Of a stretch of 64,000 nt of DNA, positions 1 to 10,242 are shown one piece after another. Source of the DNA: Candidatus Poseidoniaceae archaeon. GTDB lineage: Archaea; Thermoplasmatota; Poseidoniia; Poseidoniales; Poseidoniaceae. The position numbers were made by a program, and so were the translations under genes. The notes under the pieces are model-generated. The model was given only the letters and a program-made list of their open reading frames with translations. It was not told the DNA's origin and did no database searches. Every line of letters starts with the position of its first letter. The stretch's first letter is position 1. The DNA is taken from positions 12,678-76,677 of the forward strand of contig CALKGM010000012.1 of assembly GCA_938084675.1 (NCBI GenBank), written 5' to 3'.

Positions 1-412
1 TGCGGCGAGCACCTCGGCCGAGTTGATGTTTAGGCTCCTTACGACGTGGGTCGTTAACGAGAAGACTGCGGTCGAAGCGCAGGTACTCATCGCGAAGTTC
101 CTCATCAATGCCTTCTGCTCCGCCATTGTAGTGGACAAGGCCACGGGCGATAGCGGTTCGGATAGCGTCGGTTTGTCCCATGATTCCCCCACCGTTGGTG
201 GTGATGGAAATGTCAACCTTGCTCAAGCGGTTCATGGCGTCGGCGATGACCAACGGCTCCATGGACTTGCGGCGAGCAAGTGAAGGTTGAAGAATTTCAA
301 TAGGTTCTGAGTTGACGCGAACACGGCCTTTTCCGGCCTTTACCGATGCACGTGCAACGGCTGTCTTGCGCTTTCCTGAGGATTCAACTGATTTTTTCTT
401 TCGTGCTGCCAT
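1..412 (-). CDS. rps9: 30S ribosomal protein S9 (uS9), 3' end cut by window edge; absent from ORF track
   Basis: Manual translation from ATG at 412 (TGATG overlap with the L13 stop): MAARKKKSVESSGKRKTAVARA...GGGIMGQTDAIRTAIARGL...DRSLLVNDPRRKEPKH, typical uS9 motifs; follows L13. Confidence 0.95.
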   Translation of the reverse strand, partial: MAARKKKSVESSGKRKTAVARASVKAGKGRVRVNSEPIEILQPSLARRKSMEPLVIADAMNRLSKVDISITTNGGGIMGQTDAIRTAIARGLVHYNGGAEGIDEELRDEYLRFDRSLLVNDPRRKEPKHQLGRGARR

Positions 413-906
413 CATTGTTCACCTCCGGTCCATCGATGCGTTGGAGCACCCAAATCTGCGCTAATGTCGCCCAGACGGATGAAACGCTCAGGAAGGTCTC
501 GTCGGAATTTGCTGTCGTCACCGTGTTGGTGTCCTTCAGGTAGGTCGCCGGCCAAATGGCTTGGGCATCCAATTTCAACCCGTAGGTTACGAAGGGCACG
601 ACGGCCACTGCTCTTCTTTTGGTACGGTAGCATACCTCGGACAGAGCGCTTGAGGATCATGTCTGGCATACGTGGGTAGAACGGCCCCTTACGGGCGTGG
701 TTCAACGCATACTTTTCGTGATAGTTGTCAAGAACAGATCGTGGTCGTCCAGAGACGATTGCTTTCTCTGCGTTGATGATGATAACTTTGTCATCACGGT
801 GCTCTCGTGCTGCTTTGAGCAAGAGTTCTGCAGAGGCGGAAGCCAGACGACCCAAAATGAGTCCATCGGCGTCGAATACGTAGGTTGTTTCATCCAAGGA
901 TAACAA
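412..906 (-). CDS. rpl13: 50S ribosomal protein L13 (uL13)
   Basis: DADGLILGRLAS, IINAEKAIVSG and PDMILKRSVRGMLP motifs; lies between L18e and S9; start (TTG 906 or 897) uncertain. Confidence 0.95.
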   Translation of the reverse strand: MLSLDETTYVFDADGLILGRLASASAELLLKAAREHRDDKVIIINAEKAIVSGRPRSVLDNYHEKYALNHARKGPFYPRMPDMILKRSVRGMLPYQKKSSGRRALRNLRVEIGCPSHLAGDLPEGHQHGDDSKFRRDLPERFIRLGDISADLGAPTHRWTGGEQ

Positions 907-1255
907 CCCCCGTGCCTGTTGGGTTTTCGTTCATCAGCTCGCCGTAGGTCATAAAACGACCTCCAGCGGCTTCTATTTTCTCACGTGCGCCGTTGCTGAC
1001 ACTGTAGGCGGCGATGGTATGACCATTGGTCAACTCACCTGAGCCAAGCAGCTTACCCGGTACGAGGATGGTTGCACCCTCGGGGGCGTAGCGGCTTACA
1101 CGGCTAAGGTTAGGTTGGGCCCAATTCTTACGGCTCTTTGAGAGTCGCAAGGCCACATCTCGCCAAACAGCTACTCCGGTGTCGCGAGACTGGGCTTTCA
1201 ACTGGCCAATCATGTTGACCAGTCGGGCGTTTGTCTTACGTTCTGGGTTACTCAT
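890..1255 (-). CDS. rpl18e: 50S ribosomal protein L18e (eL18)
   Basis: KTN..L..I..L, WRDVA.RL, NLSRVSRY, ILVPGKLLGSG, AREKIEAAGG, NPTG..V.ILG; archaeal L18e-L13-S9 order. Confidence 0.95.
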   Translation of the reverse strand: MSNPERKTNARLVNMIGQLKAQSRDTGVAVWRDVALRLSKSRKNWAQPNLSRVSRYAPEGATILVPGKLLGSGELTNGHTIAAYSVSNGAREKIEAAGGRFMTYGELMNENPTGTGVVILG

Positions 1256-1391
1256 TTGACTCCCTCGATGCTTTGAAGCAAGTCGCCGACCGTCCCTCCC
1301 ATTATGAAGGCACCGACGCGAGTATAATCCTGGTCGCGTCGCTGTCCAGCGGTTTAAGCCCTAGCAGTGAGGCGATTTTATGGTTTCAGAT

Positions 1392-1835
1392 TCACTCGAG
1401 GAGGATTTCGCCTTTCGCGTCCAGAAGCTCAACCGTAAGGCCAGAAGCGCGGGCTTGAATGATGATTTCGTCGTGAAGTGTATCCGAGAAATCGTCAAGA
1501 GCACCAAGCGCAGTAATTCCCGCTACATCTGTCAAGCGATCAATGAGGTGATTCAGGATACAACTGACTCCGTAAGCTTGTCCAGCGCGGAATGCATGGT
1601 CTGGGCTTCCAACTTCAGGGTCTTCGGCCTTCATTCGTAGCATAACGGTTTGAGAGTAAGCAACGAGAGCGCCATAAATGGACTCAATAATCTGAGCAGC
1701 CTCAAGGTCACCAAGGAGCATCTGTGACTGTGCAAGGGCTGCGCGTACAGCTTTTTCGTACAGTCCGTGAGCACCAATGGTGTCTGAGGTTTCAATTTGC
1801 ATGGCTTGGTCAATGAGAGCTTTCCAGTCTTCCAT
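1392..1835 (-). CDS. hypothetical helical protein, 147 aa
   Basis: Clean ATG ORF with a CCTTCAAA promoter-like box about 25 nt upstream; no family recognised. Confidence 0.7.
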   Translation of the reverse strand: MEDWKALIDQAMQIETSDTIGAHGLYEKAVRAALAQSQMLLGDLEAAQIIESIYGALVAYSQTVMLRMKAEDPEVGSPDHAFRAGQAYGVSCILNHLIDRLTDVAGITALGALDDFSDTLHDEIIIQARASGLTVELLDAKGEILLE

Positions 1836-1930
1836 GAATCGTCACAGGACCGCCACCATTTGAAGGTTAAGGCGGATTTGCTCTGGCTCTCGCTCAAATG
1901 CATCCTACAAGGGGAGGCTTTCTAGCGGTC

Positions 1931-4900
1931 TCAAATCTTGAAATCTGAGCCTTCGCCTTCAACAATTCCTGCTTGACGAACGGTACCATCGGCTGCGACA
2001 AATTGCCCAGCCTTGGTTTGGTTCTCATACAAACTTGCCACGTCGACACGCTTCACGACCGATTCTTCTCCTAGAGACATCGTCAAGGAATTGGTGATGC
2101 CGTTGAGGGTCTGAATGGCTCGGTCACGGTGTGTTGCGTCAATCGTATGTTCGGAATAGCGGGCTTCTTCAAAGATTGACAAGAAGTCGTCCATTTGGTC
2201 GGTTGGGACCATGCTGAATGCCGTTCGGACTGCAGCCTCGAATTCACGGGCTGTTTCGTAGACCTTCTTCATGAAGCCGTATTTCTTGAAGTGCTTGACG
2301 AGGCTCTTGTAGCAGTCAAAGATTGCTGCAATGTATTCGTTGCTTGCTTCAAGTTGCATCATTGCATCGGTCAGGATACCACGTAGAGCCTGTACCTGTC
2401 GGCGCTCTTGGACACGTCGGTAGTAAACCGCACCTGCAATCAAGAGGGACATCAGTACAATAGCAAAGGCTACGAGGTTTCCAGGAGACAGCAAACTGTT
2501 GGCTCCCAAGTTATCGCTACCTTCCAAGTAAGTGATTTCGTGCGTGATGTTATCCGTTGAGGCTGCAAAGTACGTTGAGCCGTCGTAATAGGCGGTAATT
2601 CTCCACTCACCGCTGCATCCAGGGACACCGTCACACGTTGGCCCGGTGAATTTCCAGCTAAAGGAAGCGATTCCTTGTTCATTGGTTCGCGATTTGTTGT
2701 TCAAATCTGAAAGCACCCATTCGCTGGAATTTGTGTCAAAGTACTGGTAGGCGAAGATGACTTCTTCGTTTTCTACAGCCAAATCAAGACGGTTTCGCAG
2801 CAAGGCGACTTCTCCGTAGATCGTATCTCCAACATCTGCACCGTTTTCACCCGAGTTGCTCCAAGTGGTCTTAACTTGAATATCAACACGTGAGCGAACG
2901 AGGACTTCAATGTCCATAGCCGACCCGTTCAAGGCTCCCGAGTTGTCTTTGTCACAACCACCAGGGACGTTTCTATCTGGTTCAAACGCAACTCGGAGCG
3001 TGCGGAAACCTTCCAGCTTACCACCGGTAGTTTCTACGCCTTTGAGAGTTGGATTCTGGTCCGGATTTGCACTGAACCACTCAATGCTTCCATCGATGTT
3101 GCTCGTTCGGATGGTCGCCAAAGGACGAACTTGCTCGTTCGGGTCAAGGTAGATGTTGAGGCACTTTCCACCAACATACTGTCCGTTGGACTGTGCCAAG
3201 AACGCATCTATGTGGAAGGATTCCTTCAGGTAAAGAACTGGGTATCGTGAACCGTTAGGAGCGACGAACTGGTCGACACTTGACATGAACGGTCCAACTT
3301 CGGTGATTTGAAGCGTAGAGTTCGAGAAGACCTCAAATTCGGTCTGAACCGACTTGTTCTCGTATCGGTATGCATCGTTGTTATCGTAAGCAGAGTAGGT
3401 TACTGTAACCTTAGCCTTTCCAGCCATCACGTCAGAGAGAGGGCAGGTGATTCCAAAGTATCCATCGCTGTCAGTCGTTCCAGATTGACAGGCAACTGGC
3501 CCAGTCTGTCCGTTGACCATCTCGTAATTGACACGGATAGAACGGTCTGTAAGATTCACGCCGAGTTCATCGGTGAGTTGTCCTGTGACAATCATTGGTT
3601 TTGGAATGACTTCACCCGTCATTGAGTCAATTTCACTCGTGTAAACGATTTGATCGTCGACGGTCATCACTGTGCGGCCAATCAAGGAGAAGCCGTTTGC
3701 ATTGTTGGTCATCACAAGCCGGAAATGGTCGTTTCCAGGAATTTGGAGACATGGGTCCCATGCTCCCTGTATGCCCAGGTAACTAACGTCCAATTCTTGA
3801 CATCCTTCGTTTGGTAGAGTTTCGTGGAATCGCAGAATCACGTTGACCGGCCCAAATCCATCCGGGAGGAAGGATTCAGGGTCGTCGCGAAGGAGTTGCG
3901 GATTGAGTGGGCTCACGTTGGATTTCAAACATCCAATGGTTTCCTCGGCCTCCAAACCATCACCATCAATATCTCGGTCTGGTATGTTATCGCCGTTTCC
4001 GTCATAGAAACAGAGGTGAGAGCCGTCTGATTCAATTTCTGGCAGCGAGACAACACCCGCACTTGGGGCAACTGTTGCGACAACTTGGCGATGGAGTGTT
4101 CCTTCGAAGTCAGTTCCTTCAAAGATCACATCAACAAGTCCGCCGTTCGGTGCGCTTGAGCCAGTAAGGGCTGAACCGCCTGTATCGCGAATGAGCGTCT
4201 TGTTATCATCGGTTAGTTGTGCCGTGAAGTCCCATTTATCTCCCGAACGCCGTATGTTATCCTCTGCAGAGAGCACCTGCATGTAGGTACGAGATACCAC
4301 CCAAACAGATTGTGATGCTGTGTTGCCCTTCATGAGCGACGTTCCGGGATATTCAAACTGCAACGTGAAGTTGCCCAAATCGTCCTGAGCAGAGATGTTG
4401 AATGGGATTTCAAAGAATCCATTGCTGTCCGTGTAGTTGATTCCGGTTCTCCCATCAAATGACCACGTGTAGTTAACCGGTGCATTTCGTACAGGCTGCA
4501 GTGAGTTGTCAACAAGTTTCGCCTGGATGGTTGTGTTGGTGTTACGATACAAACGAGGCACAGAGGTCGTGATGAAGTCTGTTGTTCCAACAACGGTGAC
4601 GTTGATGTATGCGCCTGTGGTTGCGAGCGTGGAAGAGTTTCCAGTGAAGTAGTAAGCAGAGTTGGCAAAGTCAACTCGCACACCGTAGGTCCCAGCAGCG
4701 TATTGACTGAACCAAGACCAGTTGTAGTCGAAGGTTGCGTCGCCATCCTTCATGATAGGGCGTTGCGTAAATGCAGTTTCACCGGCACCGATGAACTGAC
4801 CATTCTTATCAACGTCAACCTGAAGCGAAACTGCATCTTGGTCCCATGCATCGTTGGTACGGTTCGTAACCGTTCCAATAATTTGGAGGGATTCTCCAGT

Positions 4901-7900
4901 GTTCATCTCTGGAACGATTTCACAACGCACAGGGCTGTTTGGATCGTTACGGTCAACTGGGCCGCACGGAGGAAGGTTTCCATCTCCACCGTTCACCAAA
5001 TTGATGAACCAATGAGTTCCATTAGCTGACAAGAACGGACGAAGGCTTGCTGCTTGGCCTGTGAGGCTGCTTGGAGTTCCGTCCCAAGAGGTTGGGTAAG
5101 GCTTGAACGAGGACACGTCGTTGTAATCAACGCCTGCTAAATCCAGAGCTGGTTGGTGGAACAGTGTTGCCCAGTCACCAAAGGTACCATCGCCGTTGTT
5201 AACCGTTGCGTCGTAGTAATAAATCGGGCTAAGACCGTCAATGATCATGGTTCCTTCGATGTTCATGCGATGCATGACACGGACTGAGAACGGATCTGCT
5301 TCATCACCGTTTAAGAACGGGAATGGCCACTCGGATGCGAGTTCAGGAGATACACGAGCGATGATTTCAATGTCCCCGGCAGGGAGGCTTGTGTTGGTGT
5401 AGTTGTAACGCACAGCTTCACCTACAGAATCCAAAACGATGTCGTGTTGGGCAGTTTGAGCATTCCATACGATTTCTTCGTATGCTCCAAGCGTTTGTCC
5501 GACTCCATTATCGGCGCTTGAATTGAATTGTACCTGCTTCCAAGTTCCGCTGATACCTAGGTCTTGAACGAAGGTAAGAGAGGCCCATCCAGTGGCGTCT
5601 GTTCGGTAACCGTTATTGCCCAATCCGGTAAAGTTTGTAGGCGCAGTGAGGTTTCCAAAGAGCCCTCCGAAGATGGAGAAGGTAATCGGTGAGTTCTTGA
5701 TTCGGTTATCGAACAATCCCCGGTCCCAATCCGCTTCGTAATGGGCCTTGAAGTCAAGCCAGAACGGTTGTTCATCGCTTCTGAAATAGGTCCATGCTGA
5801 ATAATCAACCGTCATGTTTGCTTCTGCTCCGATGTAGTAAGATTGAGATTGATTTCCGTTGAATACGAACATCTCAGTTACTTCGGCGTAGACCCTGTAA
5901 GTGGTGTTATCTCCGACCGTTAGGTCTTCAGGGTATAGGAACTGTCCAACGCTGAAGTTTCCGCCTGCGTCGGTAAGGACGTTGGTGGTTTCAATGGCAG
6001 TTGTGTTGTTAGCGGTCCACTCAATGTGAACCTGAACGGGGAGTTCCGGTGCTGGTTCCACCTGATTGGAAACTGGGCTCAACCAATCAACGTGACCCGA
6101 GAAAATTGATGGGGTTTGTGCGTCCAACCAAAGGTTGTCTGGGAGATCAAGTGTGATGTAAGTTGGTAGTTTATCTTCATCATCAAGAATTCCGTTGTTA
6201 TTGCTGTCCCAATCGGAAGAGAGTTCAACATCCTCGATTTGATCCCAATCAGCGTCAATGCGTGAGTCGTTATCGTCGTCGTTGTCAATTGCGTCTGGGC
6301 CGGTTCCGGCATCCAATGGGTTAGCCATAGCCTCGCCATTACCAAAGTCATCGTGGTCCCAAGGGTTGGTTGAGTTGCGGTCAAAGCGTGTAGGCCAGAG
6401 GAGAACTTCGTCTTCATCTTTCATACCGTCTTGGTCGTCATCTTCGTCAATATCGTCACGGGCGCCGTCGTTATCATGGTCAAATGGAGCGGTAATGCTT
6501 TCAAGCAATTCTGCTGCGTTGGTCAAGCCATCACCGTCCCAATCATCGTCAGCCCAGTTTATGATGCCGTCGTTGTCATTGTCAAAGGTGGATTGTTCTT
6601 CACCCCAGAAACATCCTGGAAGAAGTTCCTGGTCTACGTCCATTCGGCCGTCGTTGTCGTCATCTGGGTCTTCCCCGTCGGGGATACCGTCGTTGTCATT
6701 GTCAACGTCGTAAATACTTGGGCTGCGGAGACCTTGCGATAGAATACCTCGGTCCCATACCGACTGGAAGAATCCGTCGTCATCTGCGTCCGCATCGTTA
6801 CCGTCATCATCGTTATCATCGCAGTTTGTTCCTTGGAAGAAATTGCCGTTGTTTTGACCGGTATCGTCATCCAGGTCAAAGTTAGTATCAATTTCAAAGA
6901 AATCCCAGATACCGTCGTTATCATCGTCAACATCGTACCAGTCGTAGATGGCGTCGTAATCGTCGTCCAAGTCTACTGTTGAATTTGTGAAGTCACCATC
7001 GACGTCACCATCAACATCGTTCTTGAGTAAATCTGCCCCCAATTCATCGGGGAAATCTGCTTCTGGGCCATTATCTGTATTCCACTGCCAAAGACCAGTT
7101 GCCAGACCAATCCATGTGACATAGGCGTCACGGTTGTTGTTCATTTGCACGTAGGTTAGGCCTGAGTCAATATTTCCATCGCCGCCGAAGTCATAATGGT
7201 AACATCCACCTTGTGCGCCAGGGGTACAGCTCCAGTTTCCTGAAGGTCCACCTGCTGTTGCACCTTGGTCAAAGTTAGCATCTGCACGAGTTGAGTAAGG
7301 AGAGCCGAATTGTGCGTTGACTCCGTTCAGAGGCATCTTGTAGGCTAGAGCATAGGAGTATCCGCAGACATATCCTTGGGCCAAGTTACCAGCGGTCCAT
7401 CCACAAACAGAGAGGTTGTAACTTCCTCCCATCTTGATGTCGTTGATATCGAGTACTCCGTCGTTACCTTCGTCTTGGTCCCACCAATCGGGCATCCCAT
7501 CTGCATCTTGGTCAACGTCCAATCCGTTGATGAGAGAGTCGCCGTCTGAATCGATATCCCACTCGTTAGCTCCGTTATATGGAGACCAGCGGGCGAAGAA
7601 GAACCAGTAAAATTCTGGGACGGTTCCAGGGGTCACTGGAGTGGTGGTTGCGTCATATCCGTTGTAATCAAGAACAACGTCGGCGAAAGGATAGTGTTGG
7701 AAAACCATGTTCCAGTGGTCCGACGAGTTGGTTCCGTAGAGTTGCCCATCTGAACTTCCGTCAATGTTGCCTCCGTCGTTGACGGGGTAATATGGAGTCC
7801 CGAATGAGTCGGTTGCATCGTAATCAAGAACACCGCAGTTTCCGTCGTCTGGGTCAAACAGGTCCGATACACCATCGTTATCGTCGTCCCAATCTATGCT

Positions 7901-10030
7901 GTTTTCTAGCCCATCGCCGTCAATATCAGAATCTACGTCGTTGGGTCCATCGTCACGATAGAGAGCACCGTTAATGACGTGCAAATCGTTGTCGTTGTCC
8001 AAGTCGCAGTCCCAATCAATGTCAAGCAAATCAATGATACCGTCGTTATCGTCGTCCACGTCATCCCAGTTGTCAACTCCGTCACCGTCCCAATCATTGA
8101 ATTGGGAAAAGGATGCTCGGCGTGTTTGACACTTTGGATCTGGATTTACAGGGTTGGGATTTGCTTGTGTTGGACAGTTCCAGGTAGCAACGATTGCATT
8201 GTCGTCCAATGGGAACGAGTCGTTTTCGTTGTCAATGTTGTCGTTATCCGTATCGTAAGGGATATCGGCGCCGCCAACGGCAAAGTTTCCAAGATTGTCT
8301 GGGGATCCTGTGCCTCCCATGTCGGTATCAAGCCAGTCATAAATTCCGTTGTAATTTTGGTCAAACGGTCGGCGAAGATCATCGTCAAGGTCGCTGTCGT
8401 AGTCAATTTCACAATCAATTACGTTGTCTCCGTTGCTGTCAGCACCAGGAATTTGGAAGATTGCCGTCGAGACGGTTGCGACATCAATTCTCGCTCCCGA
8501 GTTTCCACCAGAAATGATGATGCTGTCTCCTGCAGAGAACCCTCGTCCACCGTCACTGATGGTCACCGAAGTTACTGCGCCTCCTATTGCAACGATGTCA
8601 ACAAGAAGGTCCATTCCAGACCCGCTTGCAGGTACGTTAGTTGCTGTGACATAACCAGCGCCGCCTTGAAGGGAAGCGCTGCTAAATCCAGTCACAACAC
8701 CGTTCTTTGTTCGAGTGTAATCGCTCATCTCATCCCCATTTGTGTCGATTTCAACACATGTATCGGGGATTCCGTCGTTGTCATCGTCTGGGTCAACCAT
8801 GTCGAGGATACCGTCGTTATCGTCGTCAGTATCTGCACTGTCAGGCGTACCGTCATTGTCGTTGTCGGGGTCAAGGAAGTTAGGTGATCCGTCACCATCC
8901 AAGTCACCGTCAACAATGGTGCTGAAGGAAGGAGTTCCTTGCGCACCTTGTGCTTGGAATCCTGATGCTGTTGCACCAGCTCCATTGACGCGGTTTCGCT
9001 CCCATTCAACGTAATCTACGCCGCCTGAGAAGCTACGGTATTCATTGAATACCCATGTGCGTGCTGCGGAATAATTCAGGTCGTCAGTTGTGCTGGCCAT
9101 TGCAGCCCCCATCATTGTATTAGTGATCGTAGCGTCGTACGGGTGAGCGTCCTCGACGTCAAGAACGCCGTCATTATCGTCGTCGTTGTCAAAATAATCG
9201 GGTATGCCATCGGAGTCAAGGTCGCAAGGCCATGTAAATTGGTCAATTCGTCCGTCGTTATCGTCGTCTTCATCGTAACGTCCTGGGCCTGCGCCGTCAG
9301 TGTCTTCGTCAGTCACGCCGTCGTTATCGTGATCCATTGGGTTTTGGTCGGCGAGGTAAAAGTCTCCGACGGCTCCAATGTTGGGATAATAGTGGACGAC
9401 GCTTGGGTCCAGGTAACGGTCTGTTGAAACATTGCGTGGGTCAAGTCCAAGGGCTTCAAGAGCCTCGTAATCAATGGGCCCCTCAAGGATTCCATCGTTG
9501 TCATCGTCCCAGTCGTCTATGTCTGGAATTCCATCGTTGTCATGGTCGTATGGGTCCGTTCCATAGCAACCATCGAATCGCTCGAGGAGGTCGTATATTC
9601 CATCGTTATCATCGTCCAAGTCATTCAAATCGTCTACACCATCGTTATCGTGGTCGCCGAGGTTTGTTTCTTCAAGCATGGGCGCATACAATGGAATAAC
9701 GGATTCAAGAACTGAAAGGTCGGTGATGATTCCAGATGAGATTCCAGGGTCGGACCACATCATGTTGGAAAGCGCTTCATGGGCGAGGGCGTCTACGCCA
9801 TCTTGAGGGCCGTTCCAACTGCCTTGACCGGCTTGATAGGTAGATTGGGCGAGTGATTGCCCAATGGTATCTCCTTCAATCAAGCGAGTTTCGGTTGTTG
9901 GTTCATCCCCATCATTGATGCCCTGAACAAAGGCCAACAAAGTGCTTGTAAGCATTAGGAATACAATTATCATCGCCATGGAAAATTGTTGGCGTTCTTC
10001 AATCTGTTTTGTTTCTAGTCTTGAGAGCAT
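1931..10030 (-). CDS. giant cell-surface protein, 2699 aa: N-terminal signal/TM, many TSP3-like Ca2+-binding repeats, Ig-like beta-sandwich region, C-terminal TM and DUF4129-like cytoplasmic domain
   Basis: Repeated DxDxDG / DHDNDG motifs in the first ~1300 aa; beta-rich TDxxGxF repeats; TM LVAFAIVLMSLLIAGAVYY; tail ETAREF...FEEARYS typical of DUF4129; GAGGTG RBS. Confidence 0.85.
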   Translation of the reverse strand: MLSRLETKQIEERQQFSMAMIIVFLMLTSTLLAFVQGINDGDEPTTETRLIEGDTIGQSLAQSTYQAGQGSWNGPQDGVDALAHEALSNMMWSDPGISSGIITDLSVLESVIPLYAPMLEETNLGDHDNDGVDDLNDLDDDNDGIYDLLERFDGCYGTDPYDHDNDGIPDIDDWDDDNDGILEGPIDYEALEALGLDPRNVSTDRYLDPSVVHYYPNIGAVGDFYLADQNPMDHDNDGVTDEDTDGAGPGRYDEDDDNDGRIDQFTWPCDLDSDGIPDYFDNDDDNDGVLDVEDAHPYDATITNTMMGAAMASTTDDLNYSAARTWVFNEYRSFSGGVDYVEWERNRVNGAGATASGFQAQGAQGTPSFSTIVDGDLDGDGSPNFLDPDNDNDGTPDSADTDDDNDGILDMVDPDDDNDGIPDTCVEIDTNGDEMSDYTRTKNGVVTGFSSASLQGGAGYVTATNVPASGSGMDLLVDIVAIGGAVTSVTISDGGRGFSAGDSIIISGGNSGARIDVATVSTAIFQIPGADSNGDNVIDCEIDYDSDLDDDLRRPFDQNYNGIYDWLDTDMGGTGSPDNLGNFAVGGADIPYDTDNDNIDNENDSFPLDDNAIVATWNCPTQANPNPVNPDPKCQTRRASFSQFNDWDGDGVDNWDDVDDDNDGIIDLLDIDWDCDLDNDNDLHVINGALYRDDGPNDVDSDIDGDGLENSIDWDDDNDGVSDLFDPDDGNCGVLDYDATDSFGTPYYPVNDGGNIDGSSDGQLYGTNSSDHWNMVFQHYPFADVVLDYNGYDATTTPVTPGTVPEFYWFFFARWSPYNGANEWDIDSDGDSLINGLDVDQDADGMPDWWDQDEGNDGVLDINDIKMGGSYNLSVCGWTAGNLAQGYVCGYSYALAYKMPLNGVNAQFGSPYSTRADANFDQGATAGGPSGNWSCTPGAQGGCYHYDFGGDGNIDSGLTYVQMNNNRDAYVTWIGLATGLWQWNTDNGPEADFPDELGADLLKNDVDGDVDGDFTNSTVDLDDDYDAIYDWYDVDDDNDGIWDFFEIDTNFDLDDDTGQNNGNFFQGTNCDDNDDDGNDADADDDGFFQSVWDRGILSQGLRSPSIYDVDNDNDGIPDGEDPDDDNDGRMDVDQELLPGCFWGEEQSTFDNDNDGIINWADDDWDGDGLTNAAELLESITAPFDHDNDGARDDIDEDDDQDGMKDEDEVLLWPTRFDRNSTNPWDHDDFGNGEAMANPLDAGTGPDAIDNDDDNDSRIDADWDQIEDVELSSDWDSNNNGILDDEDKLPTYITLDLPDNLWLDAQTPSIFSGHVDWLSPVSNQVEPAPELPVQVHIEWTANNTTAIETTNVLTDAGGNFSVGQFLYPEDLTVGDNTTYRVYAEVTEMFVFNGNQSQSYYIGAEANMTVDYSAWTYFRSDEQPFWLDFKAHYEADWDRGLFDNRIKNSPITFSIFGGLFGNLTAPTNFTGLGNNGYRTDATGWASLTFVQDLGISGTWKQVQFNSSADNGVGQTLGAYEEIVWNAQTAQHDIVLDSVGEAVRYNYTNTSLPAGDIEIIARVSPELASEWPFPFLNGDEADPFSVRVMHRMNIEGTMIIDGLSPIYYYDATVNNGDGTFGDWATLFHQPALDLAGVDYNDVSSFKPYPTSWDGTPSSLTGQAASLRPFLSANGTHWFINLVNGGDGNLPPCGPVDRNDPNSPVRCEIVPEMNTGESLQIIGTVTNRTNDAWDQDAVSLQVDVDKNGQFIGAGETAFTQRPIMKDGDATFDYNWSWFSQYAAGTYGVRVDFANSAYYFTGNSSTLATTGAYINVTVVGTTDFITTSVPRLYRNTNTTIQAKLVDNSLQPVRNAPVNYTWSFDGRTGINYTDSNGFFEIPFNISAQDDLGNFTLQFEYPGTSLMKGNTASQSVWVVSRTYMQVLSAEDNIRRSGDKWDFTAQLTDDNKTLIRDTGGSALTGSSAPNGGLVDVIFEGTDFEGTLHRQVVATVAPSAGVVSLPEIESDGSHLCFYDGNGDNIPDRDIDGDGLEAEETIGCLKSNVSPLNPQLLRDDPESFLPDGFGPVNVILRFHETLPNEGCQELDVSYLGIQGAWDPCLQIPGNDHFRLVMTNNANGFSLIGRTVMTVDDQIVYTSEIDSMTGEVIPKPMIVTGQLTDELGVNLTDRSIRVNYEMVNGQTGPVACQSGTTDSDGYFGITCPLSDVMAGKAKVTVTYSAYDNNDAYRYENKSVQTEFEVFSNSTLQITEVGPFMSSVDQFVAPNGSRYPVLYLKESFHIDAFLAQSNGQYVGGKCLNIYLDPNEQVRPLATIRTSNIDGSIEWFSANPDQNPTLKGVETTGGKLEGFRTLRVAFEPDRNVPGGCDKDNSGALNGSAMDIEVLVRSRVDIQVKTTWSNSGENGADVGDTIYGEVALLRNRLDLAVENEEVIFAYQYFDTNSSEWVLSDLNNKSRTNEQGIASFSWKFTGPTCDGVPGCSGEWRITAYYDGSTYFAASTDNITHEITYLEGSDNLGANSLLSPGNLVAFAIVLMSLLIAGAVYYRRVQERRQVQALRGILTDAMMQLEASNEYIAAIFDCYKSLVKHFKKYGFMKKVYETAREFEAAVRTAFSMVPTDQMDDFLSIFEEARYSEHTIDATHRDRAIQTLNGITNSLTMSLGEESVVKRVDVASLYENQTKAGQFVAADGTVRQAGIVEGEGSDFKI

Positions 10031-10063
10031 GCGGACACCTCGTAATCAATCTCCCACCGAAAT

Positions 10064-10080
10064 ACCCTATTTGAAAGGCG
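10064..10080 (-). promoter_or_regulatory. putative promoter box of the giant surface protein gene
   Basis: Minus strand CGCCTTTCAAATAGGGT about 35 nt upstream of the ATG; near-identical copy at 12248-12264. Confidence 0.55.
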
Positions 10081-10140
10081 TGGCCCGATTGAGCGCTTGC
10101 GTATCACAGAATGACATTCGTATCATTTCCAGTGATGAAA

Positions 10141-10186
10141 GAAAAAAAGGGGGGAGGCGCCATGGGGCCGAAGCCCCAAAGCGCCT
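10141..10186 (-). terminator. intrinsic terminator-like hairpin plus U-tract downstream of the GQ-repeat gene
   Basis: Minus strand GGCGC-TT-TGGGGC-TTCG-GCCCCA-T-GGCGCC followed by a C-run and a T-run; stable cUUCGg tetraloop. Confidence 0.7.
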
Positions 10187-10242
10187 GCTGTACCCGACTC
10201 TGATGAGTCGGTTCTTTGACAGACCGTTGGTTCACGTCAGCT

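Noticed and set aside
10194-10230. CTGATGAG hammerhead-like core in the 3' region of the GQ gene
   Set aside because: No GAAA follows the next stem; better explained as the hairpin CCGACTC/GAGTCGG
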